From the human T2T-CHM13v2.0 reference genome, Homo sapiens: 64,000 nt of DNA. Location of the stretch: assembly GCF_009914755.1 (NCBI RefSeq), contig NC_060935.1; one strand, 5' to 3'. Below are positions 51,530-64,000 of the stretch, one piece after another. How positions within the stretch are numbered: position 1 is the stretch's first letter; each line of letters starts with the position of its first letter. The notes below the pieces were generated by a model. The model was not told the DNA's origin. It made no database searches and was given only the letters and a program-made list of their open reading frames with translations. Both the position numbers and the translations under genes were made by a program.

Positions 51530-51910
51530 CGTATTAGTTTGTTCTCACACCGCTATAAAGAAATACCTGAGACTGGGTAATTTATAAAGAAAAGAGGTTG
51601 AATTGGCTCATGGTTTCACAGGCTGTATAGCAGGCATGGCTGGGGAGGCCTCAGGAAACATATAATCACTGGGGAAGGTGAAGAGGAAGCAGGCATGTCT
51701 AACCAAAGCTGGAAGAAGAGAGAGAGGGGAAGATGCTACAAACTTTTAAACAACCAGATCTCACGATCACGCACTCACTATCATAAGAACAGCACCAAAG
51801 GGGAAATTTTGCCCCCATGATGCAATCACCTCCCACAAGGGCCCACCTCCAATAATGGGGGTTATCTTTGACATGAGATTTGGGCGGGGACACAGACCCA
51901 AACCATATCA
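51530..51910 (-). mobile_element. MSTA/THE1D-like solo LTR
   Basis: gtattagtttgttctcacac...cccaaaccatatca. Perfect TSD GGGAC at 51525-51529 and 51911-51915. Confidence 0.93.
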
Positions 51911-52099
51911 GGGACCTTAATCTTTCCCTAAGAGAATCCCTTGGGTTATAGTAGAAAGGGTGGGTTAGGGTCTTTTGGGTTTCATAGGAACATTCTCAGG
52001 AGGCCAAACGTCTGAGCAGAAGATTCAGAGTTCCTGTCTGGCCTCTCCAGCTCCAGATGGGGCATCCCTCATGGCCCCTGGCCTAACTGGCCTGGATTT

Positions 52100-52406
<307 letters not shown>

Positions 52407-52564
52407 TGGCCTGGATTTAAGTGAAATAATTAACTAATCCTTCAACAAGTACCAATTGAGTACCTACTTTGTGCCAGGAATAAATGGATGGCAAGACAGA
52501 CGTGGTCCCTGCTTTCTTGGAGCTTCTAGGTAAAGGCAGACTTTAGACAAGAAATCTTAGCTCA

Positions 52565-52950
52565 GTGGATGATTTCATCAAATTTTTTGTCTCCTCCAAA
52601 TTCATGTTAAAATCCTAATCCCCAAGACAATGGCACTAGGAGGTGTGACCTTTGAGGAGGTGTGACCTTTGGGGAGGTGATTAGGCCATGAGGGCAAAGC
52701 CCTCCTAAATGGGATTAGAGCCCTTAGAAAAGAGGCCCCAAGGAGCTGCCTTCCCCTTTCCTACCACGTGAGGTCACCGTGAGAAGGTGCCATCTATGAA
52801 CCAGGAAATAGGTCTTCACCAGACATGGAATCTGCCAGCATATTGATCTTGGACTTCCCAGTCTCCTGACCTGTGAGAAATAAATTTATGTTGTTTATAA
52901 GTCACCTAGTCTGTGACACTTTTGTATAGTGACCCAAATGGACTAAGGTA
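52565..52950 (+). mobile_element. MLT1A0-like 5' LTR
   Basis: ccaaattcatgttaaaatcctaatcccc...gtgagaaataaatttatgttgtttataag...ggactaag. Internal 17-bp tandem duplication aggaggtgtgacctttg. Confidence 0.88.
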
Positions 52951-53520
52951 AAAATTGGTAGCTAGAAGTGGGGGTGCTGCTCTATATAACCAGTACCTCA
53001 GTGGGAAGGTGACTTTGGAACTGGATAATGGGTAGATATGGAAGAGTTTTGAGGTGCGTGCTGGCAAAATCCTACAGTATCATGAATAGATTGTAAAGGA
53101 GGATGCTGGTGAGAGCTCAAAAAAGGAGACTGGTAGAGAAAGTTTCAGTCCTCTTAGAGATTATCTAAGTGGCCACGAACAGAATGTTGGTGGAAATATG
53201 GACTGCAAAGGCCGTTCTGATGAGGCCTTAGACAGAAATGAGGACTGTATTATTGGATACTGAAGGAAAGGCAGTTCTGGTTATAAAGTGGCAAAGAACT
53301 TGGCTGAATTGTGTTCATGTCCTAGTGTTTTGTGGAAGGTAGAACTTACGAGCAATGACATAGCATATTTGGCTGAATAAATGTCTACAAAGTACTGAAG
53401 CCATGGCTTGGCTTCTCTTGAATGCTTATATAGTAAAATGCAAAATGCAAGCAGAGAGAAACAAATTAAAGATGGAATTTTTAATTAAAAAGGAAGCAGA
53501 ACTTAAAAGATTTGAAAAAA
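52951..53520 (+). mobile_element. MaLR internal sequence (MLT1A-int), 5' portion
   Basis: aaaattggta...gaagtgggggtgctgc immediately after the LTR; tttggaactggataatgggtaga; tggttataaagtggcaaagaacttggctgaattgtgt. Confidence 0.85.
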
Positions 53521-53524
53521 AATC

Positions 53525-53921
53525 CAAACAGCTTTGGAATACAGAGATAATCTCTCTCCAGAGCAAAAGGAAAACTAGTTAAGTGTCCAATGTAATGAAG
53601 ATAATGTCTCCTTCTGAGGCAAAAGGCAAGGGTCAGGCTGGCTTTCTTCCCATTATAAAAGATTCAGGTTCCCTAAGCTCGGAATTCCCCACTAGATGCA
53701 CGGGCATCACCTGGCCATCTTCCAGTCACCCCGTAGGAAGTGGAGCTTGGGGAACTGCACCAAAGTTGAGACTCTGGCTGCTGCTATTGCTGTAAGTAAT
53801 GAAGTCCTTTGTCTCTGACCCAGGAGTTTCATGTATTCTGTCAGCATCCATGTAACTATGGCATGCTAATCTATTAGTGTGTGAGTAGGGTAAAATACCA
53901 GACCCTTCACAGTTCTTAACA
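53525..53921 (+). mobile_element. ERVL LTR 3' part (MER76/MER68-like)
   Basis: cccattataaaagattcaggttccctaagctc...cctttgtctctgacccaggag...cagacccttcacagttcttaaca. Confidence 0.7.
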
Positions 53922-55019
53922 CCCTCCATCCTATTATACTTCTTGCCTCCTTCAGTGGCCTTCCCTCCCCTATACACAAAACTCCATCAGCCCAGCCTCT
54001 CTACAGGGCTTCGCAATAGTATCACCTGCATCCATATTCCATGTTCACCTGCAGGTGGGTTTTCTCTCTCAGCCTTCCATCCCCAGGAATCCCGTGCACA
54101 GAAGGCAACACCGTTTTCATAATCCCACCCGGGCTTGGGTTTTTTTTTTTTTTACCAATCATTAGGTACTTTTGCATCCATCATTGTCATTGATCTTCTC
54201 GACAGTGCTGTCAGGGAGGGGTGACACAGTCCCCATTTGAGGGCCAGGGAAACTGAGATGTTCAGACATGGAGACTCATTAGCAGAACAGGACTAACTCC
54301 ACATCCCGTGCTCTTTTCTCCATGCCACAGTTGCTGCTCATTTTCATGTTTTAATGTCAACCTGACCCATGCATGATTAGGTAGGTAAGGCCTGATAGAA
54401 GTAAAATAAAAATCCTACAAGGCTAAAGAGAGCTGGTTCAGAATTACATTAGCATTCATAATCAAGAGCTGCCTGCACATTTAAACATTTCCAGGCCCAT
54501 CTCTTTCCCAAGGCTGGGAACTGAGCTTGAGCTTTTTCTGCAGCCCTTAAATAGGGGTATGGTTGTAGGTGGGGGAGTCCCTTTTAACAGTCCAGGAGAA
54601 GGGGCAGTGCTTCCCGGGTGGTGGTGGGAAGGCTGCAGGCTTACTCCAGGCAGCCTGGTTTGTTTTGAATTGTAGATTGCCTGGTTTGATTGGAAAGTCA
54701 GAAGTCTAGCCAGGCCCCCTGCAGACCTATTTATGTGGAATTGGTCTCCTCTCTGAGATGAAATAAGCGTCAGAGACTGCCCTGCCTGCCTGACACAGCC
54801 CTTGGTGTTGTCAAAGCAGGTGCCAACCTCAAGCTAAGGCTGAACATTTCAGGAGCGCTGGAACCCTGAACAACTACCCATCGCCAGCCCCCGCCACCTG
54901 CCCTGTGTGCTCTCTGAATTTCCTTTTCCTGCTTCCTGTCTGCATTGAGCCACATGAAACTTTTAGCATCTGCCTCCTCCTCAGCTCCTGTGAAGTCCCG
55001 TTCATTCTTTCTCCTCTAC

Positions 55020-55320
55020 AACTTCCGTTTCATCTCTAAATGATCCAATATTAATGTTCTCATCATTACAGTGTTCGGAGGAAAAGAACTGATTTTGTCC
55101 ACAGAGAGAGGGAGTTGAGAAATTAATATAATATTTGTTCAGGATTGATTTCAAGCTGTAATCCCTGCTGCCAGAGAGACCCATCTGTTTAAAACTATCA
55201 GACACTAATTACCCAGAGCGCGAACACAATAGCAGGATTGAGGAGCCACGTCCTGATCCGCCCCCACACACTTGTAATTTAGCATTGTTATTTATTAGGG
55301 AGAAAAAGATCTCTTAGTGA
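55020..55320. promoter_or_regulatory. Candidate conserved enhancer
   Basis: Repeat-free. aatattaatg, aaattaatataa, ctaatta, taatcc, cattgtt, retained CpGs. Function inferred only. Confidence 0.4.
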
Positions 55321-56269
55321 AGACGGATCTCCCGTCCACTTGACTGGCAGAGGCTCCTGGAGGACTGAGCATAGCAGGGAAGAAGCCCCCAGACTTTCTT
55401 CATCAAAGAATACCAGGAATTACATTCATCTAGCTATAAAAGGCAAATTCATCCTAATTCCTCCCCCCTCCCCTCTCCGACTCAGTCTGGACTCCCCACC
55501 AAACCAGCTCTTTGATGACAGTAAAGATACCACCATCCTCTGGGTAAACCAGGATTGAAAGCACCAGTTCATCTTTGAGTGTTCCCTTTCCCTCATCCTC
55601 CTAAGTAATTAGATGCCAGGTCCTACGAAGTTTGTTTCCACCACATCTCTCACACCTGACTCAGCTCCTTTGTTTTCAAGACTAACACCCAAGTACTTGA
55701 ACAATAGTCCAGGTGATGGACGTCCAACTCCAGCCTCTGTTCCCTTCCAGTCTAGGTTATGCTCCATTGCTACCATGAATCCTCCCACCAAAAAAGATGG
55801 TGTGGGGGAGGTGAAGGGGGAGGAGAAGAGAAGAAGCAGCAGCAGCATAGCTGATCAAGTCTTTTACCTGTTCAAAAATCCTCAGTGGCTTTCCCTGGCC
55901 ACCAAATAATTGGATATTTAATACCCTCCAAGCTCTGGCCTCAAGGCATTTTAAGCCATCCTTCTAGCTAGTCTTTTCATTCTGTAAATGTATAATCTGG
56001 GCAAAGTGGACTGCTCTCGCCTCCATATTCACTACAGAGTTTCTTGCACCAGCCTTAATGTTGTTTATTCTTACCACAGGAAAAGGCTGGCCCAGCTCCC
56101 TTCACTTTTCCTTCTCAAAACCCTTCCTCATCCACAGCCAGATCACTCTCCTTCCTCCTTCAATCAACTGTAGTGTTTTATTTGGGCCATGCTTTACAGC
56201 ACCTATAATTTGCCTAATATCATCCTATTGGCCCTAACAGACTTGAAAGCTCCAACATTTCTGGAACTC

Positions 56270-57170
<901 letters not shown>

Positions 57171-57189
57171 GGACCTACCATGGTGTTAT

Positions 57190-57785
57190 GTGTAACAGTT
57201 TTATTGAGGTATGATTGGCATACAATAAACTGCACATATTTAAAATGTATAGTTTGATAAGATTTGACATTTATATACACCTGTGAAACTATCACCACAA
57301 CCAAAATAGTGAACATCATCACCACCCCTAAAAAGTTGCCCTCTTCTCCACTGGTGCCATCCCTCCCACCCCTCCCAACCCCTCCTCTGCTGGCAACCAC
57401 TGATCTGTTGTCTGCCACTATAGATCACTTTGTGTTTCCTAGAGTTTCATATAAATGAAAACATATGGTTCATTTGTATCTTTTATAGTACATATGTGTC
57501 TTTTGTGTGTGGTTTCTTTCACTCAGCATAGTTATTTTGAGATTCATCAGTGTTACTGCATGTTTTATTAATTCCTTTTTATTAATGTATGGTGTTCTAT
57601 TGATTGCATATACCATAATTTATTCATCTATTCACCTATTTTGGGCTGTTTTCACATTTGGACTATTAAAATTATGCTGCTGTGAGCATCCTTCTACAAG
57701 TCTTTCACCTGATGAAAAACCCTGTTTCCCTTTCTCTTTGGTAAATAAATACCTAGAGTGGAATGACTGAATCATATATATCATG
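57190..57785 (-). mobile_element. L1M (L1MB/MC/MD) 3' end
   Basis: aacagttttattgaggtatgattggcatacaataaactgcacatatttaaaatgta...ctggcaaccactgatctg...aaatacctagagtggaat. Confidence 0.85.
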
Positions 57786-58496
57786 GCTACAATACTGTAA
57801 TGCAATTCTAGCACTAACTACTTGACGCAGACTCCATAGACTAAGGGTTCAGTCCCCATCAAGACTGCCTTCACTTCAGATGCCAACTGCAAGCTTAGGG
57901 ATCCCCAGGCCACCTGCACTTCTCACCAACTGGCTACAAATTCAGGAGTTCCCCCAACCTCCTCGGGTTTTAGGATTCACTAGGTTGAGTCACAGAGCTC
58001 TGGAAAGCAGCATACTTAAAATCACAGTTTCCTTATGAAAGATGCAAATCAGGACCAGCCAAAGGAAGAGACACACAGGGCAAATGCAAACTTCCATGTC
58101 CTTTCCTCATGGAATCAGGACACATCACCAACACACTGATGTGTTCACCAACCAGGAAGCTCCACTGAGTTTTGGCGCCCAGAGTTTTTGCTGGGGTTTC
58201 ATTACATAGGCATGATTGATTGAATCATTGACCATGTGACTGAAATTAATCTCAGCTCCCCTGCCTGGAGGAGGTCAAGCTGATATCACCTGGCTGAAAG
58301 CTCCAACCCTGTAAACACACAGTTGGCCTTTCTGGCATGACCAGCCTCATCTTGAGTCATCTCCTTAGCAGAAACTCAGGTGTGTTCCAAGGGCCCACAC
58401 GAATAACAAAGACACTTCTATCACTCAGGAAATCGCAAGGGTTTCGAAGCTTATTCCCGGGGACCAAGAGTCAGTTAAATTCTTTATTATACAACA
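57786..58496 (-). mobile_element. MER21-family ERVL LTR
   Basis: caattctagcactaactac...aagactgccttcacttcagatgcca...gaataacaaagacacttctatcactcaggaaat...ttattatacaaca. Confidence 0.85.
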
Positions 58497-58579
58497 AAGG
58501 CGTCCCACGTTTAATAAATCTTGGCTAGATATATTAATGACTAAATTAATAAATGAACACATACGTGAATGACCTGGAA

Positions 58580-59050
58580 TAACTTTTCAGTTGCATAGGA
58601 CTAAAAACCAGCTCAAACCAATTAAGAAAATGTTGGCTTACACAGTGCGGAAAAAAACTAAGTGTTTGGAGAGTCAAGAAAGACCTTCAGGTATTCAATA
58701 ACCAGGAGCTATAACTAGGACTTGAGACCATCAGAAATTGATTTCTCATCTCATTTCTGTTTGTTTCTCTGCTTCACCTGCAGAAGGGCTGTTTTTCTCC
58801 TCCCTTGTGACAGGGAACATGGCTTTCAACTCAATTCATAGATTTGTGTTCTCTTAGCATTAATATATATTTCAGGGAAAACTCTAGTTGGCCTTATTTG
58901 GATCATGTGCTCGGTTCTTGGACCAATCACTGTCCCAAGGGAGGGGAGGACTGTCCAGGCCTGGGTCACATGCCTGTCTCTGTGGTCTGATGTTGTGATT
59001 GACAGGCCAAATAGAACGCTGGGGACTGGTGGATCCTCAGTGGAAAAAAC
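58580..59050 (-). mobile_element. Old MaLR LTR (MLT1J/K/L-like)
   Basis: ttttcagttgca...aaccagctcaaac; ttggatcatgtgctc...ttggaccaatcactgt...cctgggtcacatgcc. Confidence 0.65.
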
Positions 59051-59433
59051 GATGAACAGATAAATATGAGATACCTGCTACACTTTATGTCTACATAGTT
59101 TTTAGAATGTAGGAAGGGTTTTCCACATATATTATCTTGTGTAATCCTCACAGTAACCCTGTAAAGTAGGGTTGCATTTCACAGATGAGAAAACAAGGCT
59201 TGGTGAGATCAAAGGTTCAACTAAAACATGTTAGAAATGACTAGGACTTGGTCTTGTAACTATGAGTTCAGGAAAATATGTATCTAGTTTATACTTCAGA
59301 GTCTAGGCAAAGGCTTTTCATATTCTGTCATCAACTGTTCATTCACAACAAACAAAGCAGTGTTGCTGCCCTAGCGGAGCTGACATTCCAGTGGGGAAAA
59401 TGGATATTGATAAAATGATTTTAGCTAGCAGCA

Positions 59434-59815
59434 TGCGTTAGGCCATTCTTGCATTGCTATAAAGAAATACCTGAGGCTGAATAATTTATAAGGAAAAGAG
59501 GTTTATTTGGCTCATGGTTCTGCAGGCTGTACATCATGGTGCCAGCATCTGTCTAGCTTCTGGGGAGGCCTCAGGGAGCTTTCAATCATGGTGAAAGGCA
59601 AAGGGGGACCCCATGTATCACATGGAGGACAGTGGGAGCAAGGGGATTCAGGGAGGTACCACACTCTTGTAAACAACCAGATCTCACAGGACAGCACCAA
59701 GCCATGAGAGATCTGCCCCCCACGACCCAAACACCTCCCACCAGGCCCCACCTCCTACACTGAGGATCACATTTCAACATGAGATTTGGGTGGGACAAAC
59801 ATCCAAACCATATCA
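59434..59815 (-). mobile_element. MSTA/MSTB solo LTR
   Basis: tgcgttaggccattcttgcattgctataaag...atccaaaccatatca. TSD CAGCA/CAGTG. Confidence 0.92.
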
Positions 59816-60921
59816 CAGTGCTATGAAGAAAATAAAACAGGTCAGTAGGATTGAGGACACCGTGGGTATGTAATCAGGGAAGGCCTCTCAGGGAAGAGGT
59901 CGTTGGTAAAGATAGCTGAATGAACACCACGCAGCCATTTCTCTTTGAGCTGCAGCTTGAGAATGCGGACTCCGCTCTTCAGCAACGATGCCAGCAGGTA
60001 ACAACCACCCCGCCCAGAACACCCTCCCTAGCCTTGGGAGCTGTCTTTCTAACTCCTCAATGATGGGTCTGCCAGGTCTGAATGTGAAGGAACAACCCAA
60101 ATTGCAGCTTGAATTATTGAAATTTAACCAAGGGTGATATTTCAGACTCTTCTGACAAGAAAATCACGGATTCTCTTTGGCAGTAGAAACTATTTCTGCC
60201 TGGCTATGGTGGCCTATCAAGAGCCTTGTGTGGTCTTTCCAGGGGTAGAAGGGTGAACTAACCAGGGTCTGTTCCAGCTCTTACCTTTGAAGCTATGATG
60301 AAAACCAAGCTCATTCCTGGCTTTTGATACAAAGGAAAAGTAAAGAAAGCAGAATCACCATTCCTTTGGGAAGCCGGCCCTGTCTCCATGGTAGTCAGGA
60401 AGTTTGTGATATGTCCACGTCAAACCAATGACTCCTCTGGGAAAGTATCAAATTAAGACCTTTCCATAGAAAAGCATAATGCTATTGATTAAAGAGCAAA
60501 CACCAAAATCAGAACTCCCCTGGCCCCATAGTTGGATGGATTTATGTTCTCCTTGTCTCTAAAACTTGAGCTAGAACACAGTTGGTACCCCTGGGAATTT
60601 GAGACTCAGAAAATAAGCAGAGCCCTTTCCTGGAAGATTTCTGCATCAGCCTCAGTGAGGGGTGGACGGCTTGCCTGACTCCAGATATAAATGACGTGGG
60701 CTTTCTGTGTGGCCTGACGCCCCCAGTTTTTACGAATAGCAGCTAATGTCACATGCAAGACACCCAGAGCACAGAGCTGGGTATGTTGAAGACATTTATC
60801 ACCTGATTGAAAGAATTAATGACATATTTTGTAATTTCATAAACCTTTCACACATGGATCTCTTTGCATTGAGGTAAACACGATGAAAAGTGATTGAAAT
60901 TGACTTGCTGCCCTAAACTAT

Positions 60922-61823
60922 TTTAGGGGAGGAAAAAACATCTTTTCCTTCTATCCTCCTGATATGGTTTGGCTGTGTCCCCACCCAAATCTCATCTTGA
61001 ATTGTAGTTCCCATAATTCCTACATGTTGAGAGAGGGACCTGGTGGGAGATAATTGAATCATGGGGACAGTTTCCACTGTTCTGTGGTAGCGAATAAGTC
61101 TTATGAGATCTGATGGTTTTATAAGTGGTTTCCCCTTTCTCTTGGCTCTCACTCTCTCTTGTCTGCAGCCATGTAAGATGTATATTTGCTCCTTCTTTGC
61201 CTTCCGCCATGATTGTAAGGCCTCCTCAGCCATGTAAAACTATGAGCCCATTAAACTTCTTTTTCTTTATAAATTACTCTGTCTTTATTAGCAGTGTGAG
61301 ATCAGACTAATATACCTCCTACATTTATGACTGGGGCCTCTGTAACAAAAGACAGATTAACAAGAGAAAAAGCTTACAAATTTATTTAATACAAGTTTTA
61401 TGTGACGAGAGAGCCTTCATAAGGAAATGAGGATCTGAAGAAACAGTTAAATGGGAGTGTTTTTAATAATAGGTTTGATAAGGAGGGGAAAGTCATGGAG
61501 AAATATCACAGGGCAGAGAGTACAATGTAAGTGTGGTGAACTGGGGAAGCTTAGCAAGGCTTGTTTTTCTGGATTCCTCTCTGTCTCCTTTTGTCTTGAG
61601 AGATAAGGATGCCCCTTTCCTCCAGCTACAGGAAGGGCAACTCTCACACGAGGGTCTTATGACCTGCTTCAGAAGGTCAGAGTCCTTCCCAAAGTTTATG
61701 ACCACTTCAGGGGACCGCCTCAGGGGACCTTCCTGCTTCTGCTGTTTTCTCAAATTCCTCTAGCTTAAAATATTCAACATGCCAAAGTGCCATATTGTGG
61801 GGCAGTATGTCCTGAACCCATGA
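60922..61823 (-). mobile_element. MER34/MER39-family ERV1 LTR (host of THE1)
   Basis: aacaaaagacagattaacaagagaaaaag...gggtcttatgacctgcttcag...atgccaaagtgccatattgtggggcagtatgtcctgaaccc. Confidence 0.75.
60960..61314 (+). mobile_element. THE1B/C solo LTR
   Basis: tgatatggtttggctgtgtccccacccaaatctcatcttgaattgtag...agactaatata. Perfect TSD CCTCC at 60955-60959 and 61315-61319. Confidence 0.94.
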
Positions 61824-61869
61824 TTTTTTAATACCAAGTCTTCTCTTCCCCTTCTTGACTGCTGCAGAG

Positions 61870-62170
61870 ATCCTGTGTTTCCTTTAAAGGCCCGGTTCTA
61901 AAGTCATCTCTCGTGTGATGCCTCCCCTGAGTCGCCAGGGATGGCCGCTCTGTTCCCGGTCACTTTGTGCATGTATAGCATCATCACACAGTGCTGTAGC
62001 ATATGCATCTGTGTGAGTACACATCTGTCTTCTCCGAGATTGCGAGTGCCTTGGGAAGAAGCACCGAGTGTTCTTCATCTCAGTCTCCCCTGTCCCTTGT
62101 ACGGTGTCTGGCTGAAGCTAGAAAGTCAGAAAGTGCTGGTCAAATGAATAATTCATTGAGAATGGATGAA
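61870..62170 (+). mobile_element. L2 3' end
   Basis: gattgcgagtgccttgggaag...gtgctggtcaaatgaataa...aatggatgaatg. Confidence 0.65.
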
Positions 62171-63640
62171 TGGGCGTCCAGGACCCTTCCTCACTTTGAA
62201 ATCTCTGTGGCAGTGGGTTACATAGGTTTAAGAACATTGATCAGAGTCTTGGCCTAGTTAAATTGATCTGATGGTCTCACCATCCAAACGGCACTTACCT
62301 TCCAAAGCTGTGCTTTCTCTGAGAAGCTGTCTCCATTCCATCACTATGGAGGATCGTGCATGATGAAAAAGAGATACTAACAGGAAAACAGCATCAATCA
62401 GTTGTGGAGCCTGAACCGAAGACCTGAGTGAGATGGATAAAGTGAGGAAGGAGATAAGGACCCCCCACCTGACCTGTCAGGCCAACCCTGGAGGTCAGTG
62501 GAGTGAAAGATAAGACGGCCAGATTACTCACATCTGAGGGCAAACTCATTTAAAACTACAGTGGGCAAAGTTTAGGTTAGAGCAATTAATTCCCACAGGA
62601 GGGTCCCAGAACTGGTAGCATGGAAGTCAGATCATAGGATTTCCTTTTCTGCAGTTCTTAGAGAGGCTACCACTTCTCTCCTCCTCCCCCCCAACCCCCA
62701 CACCCTTCATCCATGTCAAGTATGTCAAGTGGCTGTGGGGCTATCCTTCCTGGAGGCAAAGGGAGAGAGGCTGGGACCTCCAGCAGCCAGGGCTTCTGGG
62801 GCTCTCCCAGCATCCTGCTGCCAAGATACTGGGCAGACCACCAGGGACTGCCTTCTCCAAGTCCCCAGTCCAGGCACAGCGGTGTCAGTCATTAAAGCTC
62901 ATTTCTTCCTGTTATTAGCAGAGACGAGTGTCATGTGCGGGGAGGTGAAGCGCGCTTTCTGGCTGTAATCCTTCCCTCCCCATGGCTGTGAGGCAGAGCC
63001 AGGTGCAGAAAGCAGCTGAATTAAACAAAGTCATGGAATAGGGGCAGAGAGGGACGGTGTAATAGGAAGGAAATGCTCACTCTGACAAAAGGAAATCAAA
63101 GCCCCAAATGATCCCGCAGGGAGGAAAGGTGAGCAGGAGGGAAATGAAATGGAAAAAACCAACAAATTGGAAATCGGGCACAGAGGTGGAGGGAAGGAAT
63201 TGGAATGCTCTCGTGCTGGGATGCAGCTCCCCAAAGAGCTGATCTCTCTGGAAAGGACCTGAGAGCCAACAGGTGTGCGTTGTATTTCCATGGAGTGAAG
63301 GTAGCTTGGTCTGCTGCCACTTCATCAGCAAAAAGGTGGCCCAAGCGGAGGCCTCTCCTGGCCTGTAATTCTTCCCTAGCAGCCACTGTAACCTGAAAAG
63401 ACTGGTTGATTCTCCTGCCAACAGTGATTTCCCGGTAAGGCTGTCTGGGAACCCTTGAAAACATTTCTCATCTTGGCATCGGTGAAAGTGCTGGTGGCCA
63501 GACATATCTGTACACACTGGAGGACAAAGAACCCAGGATGCAGGGTGGACTCCACCAAGCTCACACCTCAGTGGCTTACTGTCTTTTGAGGACAATGTCC
63601 CTGGGGATTCAGCAGTGTCCCATTTGGAAGACAAAAGTTC

Positions 63641-63777
63641 CGGTGGCTCATGCCTGTAATCCCAGCATTTAGAAAGGCAGAGGTGGGGGGATAGATTGAG
63701 CCCAGGAGTTCGAGACTTGCCTGGGCAACATAGTGAGACTCTTTTATCCACAAAAAGCAAAAAAAAAAAAAAAAAAA
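63641..63777 (+). mobile_element. FLAM / Alu left monomer with A19 tail
   Basis: cggtggctcatgcctgtaatcccagc...ttgagcccaggagttcgagac...ctgggcaacatagtgagac. AAGACAAA at 63628-63635 and 63776-63783. Confidence 0.9.
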
Positions 63778-64000
63778 GACAAACTAAAAGGGAGTGTTCT
63801 TCCTAATAATATGTTTTTCTAGGCACAAGTCTCATCTCCTCCTCTGGAAAAGCCTGCCCTACACGTTCAGTCCCGATAAGTACTCCACCTCACCCCTCTA
63901 ATTTTCTATTAACCCCACCCCGCCCACACATACGCAGCCTTTTCACCCCTTCTGCCTTTTCAGCGTCCTTCACACTACTGAATCTCTGGCTTCCACCTCT

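Noticed and set aside
63077-63760. 227-aa minus-strand ORF
   Set aside because: Begins in antisense FLAM/Alu sequence; the remainder has no protein-like features.

Overview
Primate (AluY present, so catarrhine and most likely human) non-coding genomic DNA, intergenic or deep intronic. I cannot name the locus from sequence alone. I find no credible protein-coding gene, rRNA, tRNA or CRISPR array: every ORF in the track is repeat-derived or a chance ORF in GC-rich DNA. About half the window is interspersed repeats. These include 12 Alu/FLAM copies, a ~7.4 kb ancient L1M with nine nested insertions followed by a probable HAL1, many MaLR/ERV solo LTRs (several with intact TSDs), Tigger/MADE1/MER5/MER102 DNA-transposon relics, L2, L3 and MIR. 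The observations not explained by ordinary repeat annotation are: (1) a ~150 bp segment copied from 2.85 kb upstream into an L2 and flanked by an 11-bp duplication; (2) a 195-bp foreign insert splitting an MLT1 LTR; (3) a cluster of five CAGGTG E-boxes plus an octamer; (4) three repeat-free, homeobox-site-rich blocks that look like conserved developmental enhancers, two abutting G-quadruplex motifs; (5) a fossil hAT transposase C-terminus carrying a MADE1 hairpin. I see no evidence for a new gene-encoded biological system. Subfamily names come from recalled consensus features and need RepeatMasker/Dfam confirmation. Boundaries of old repeats are approximate.
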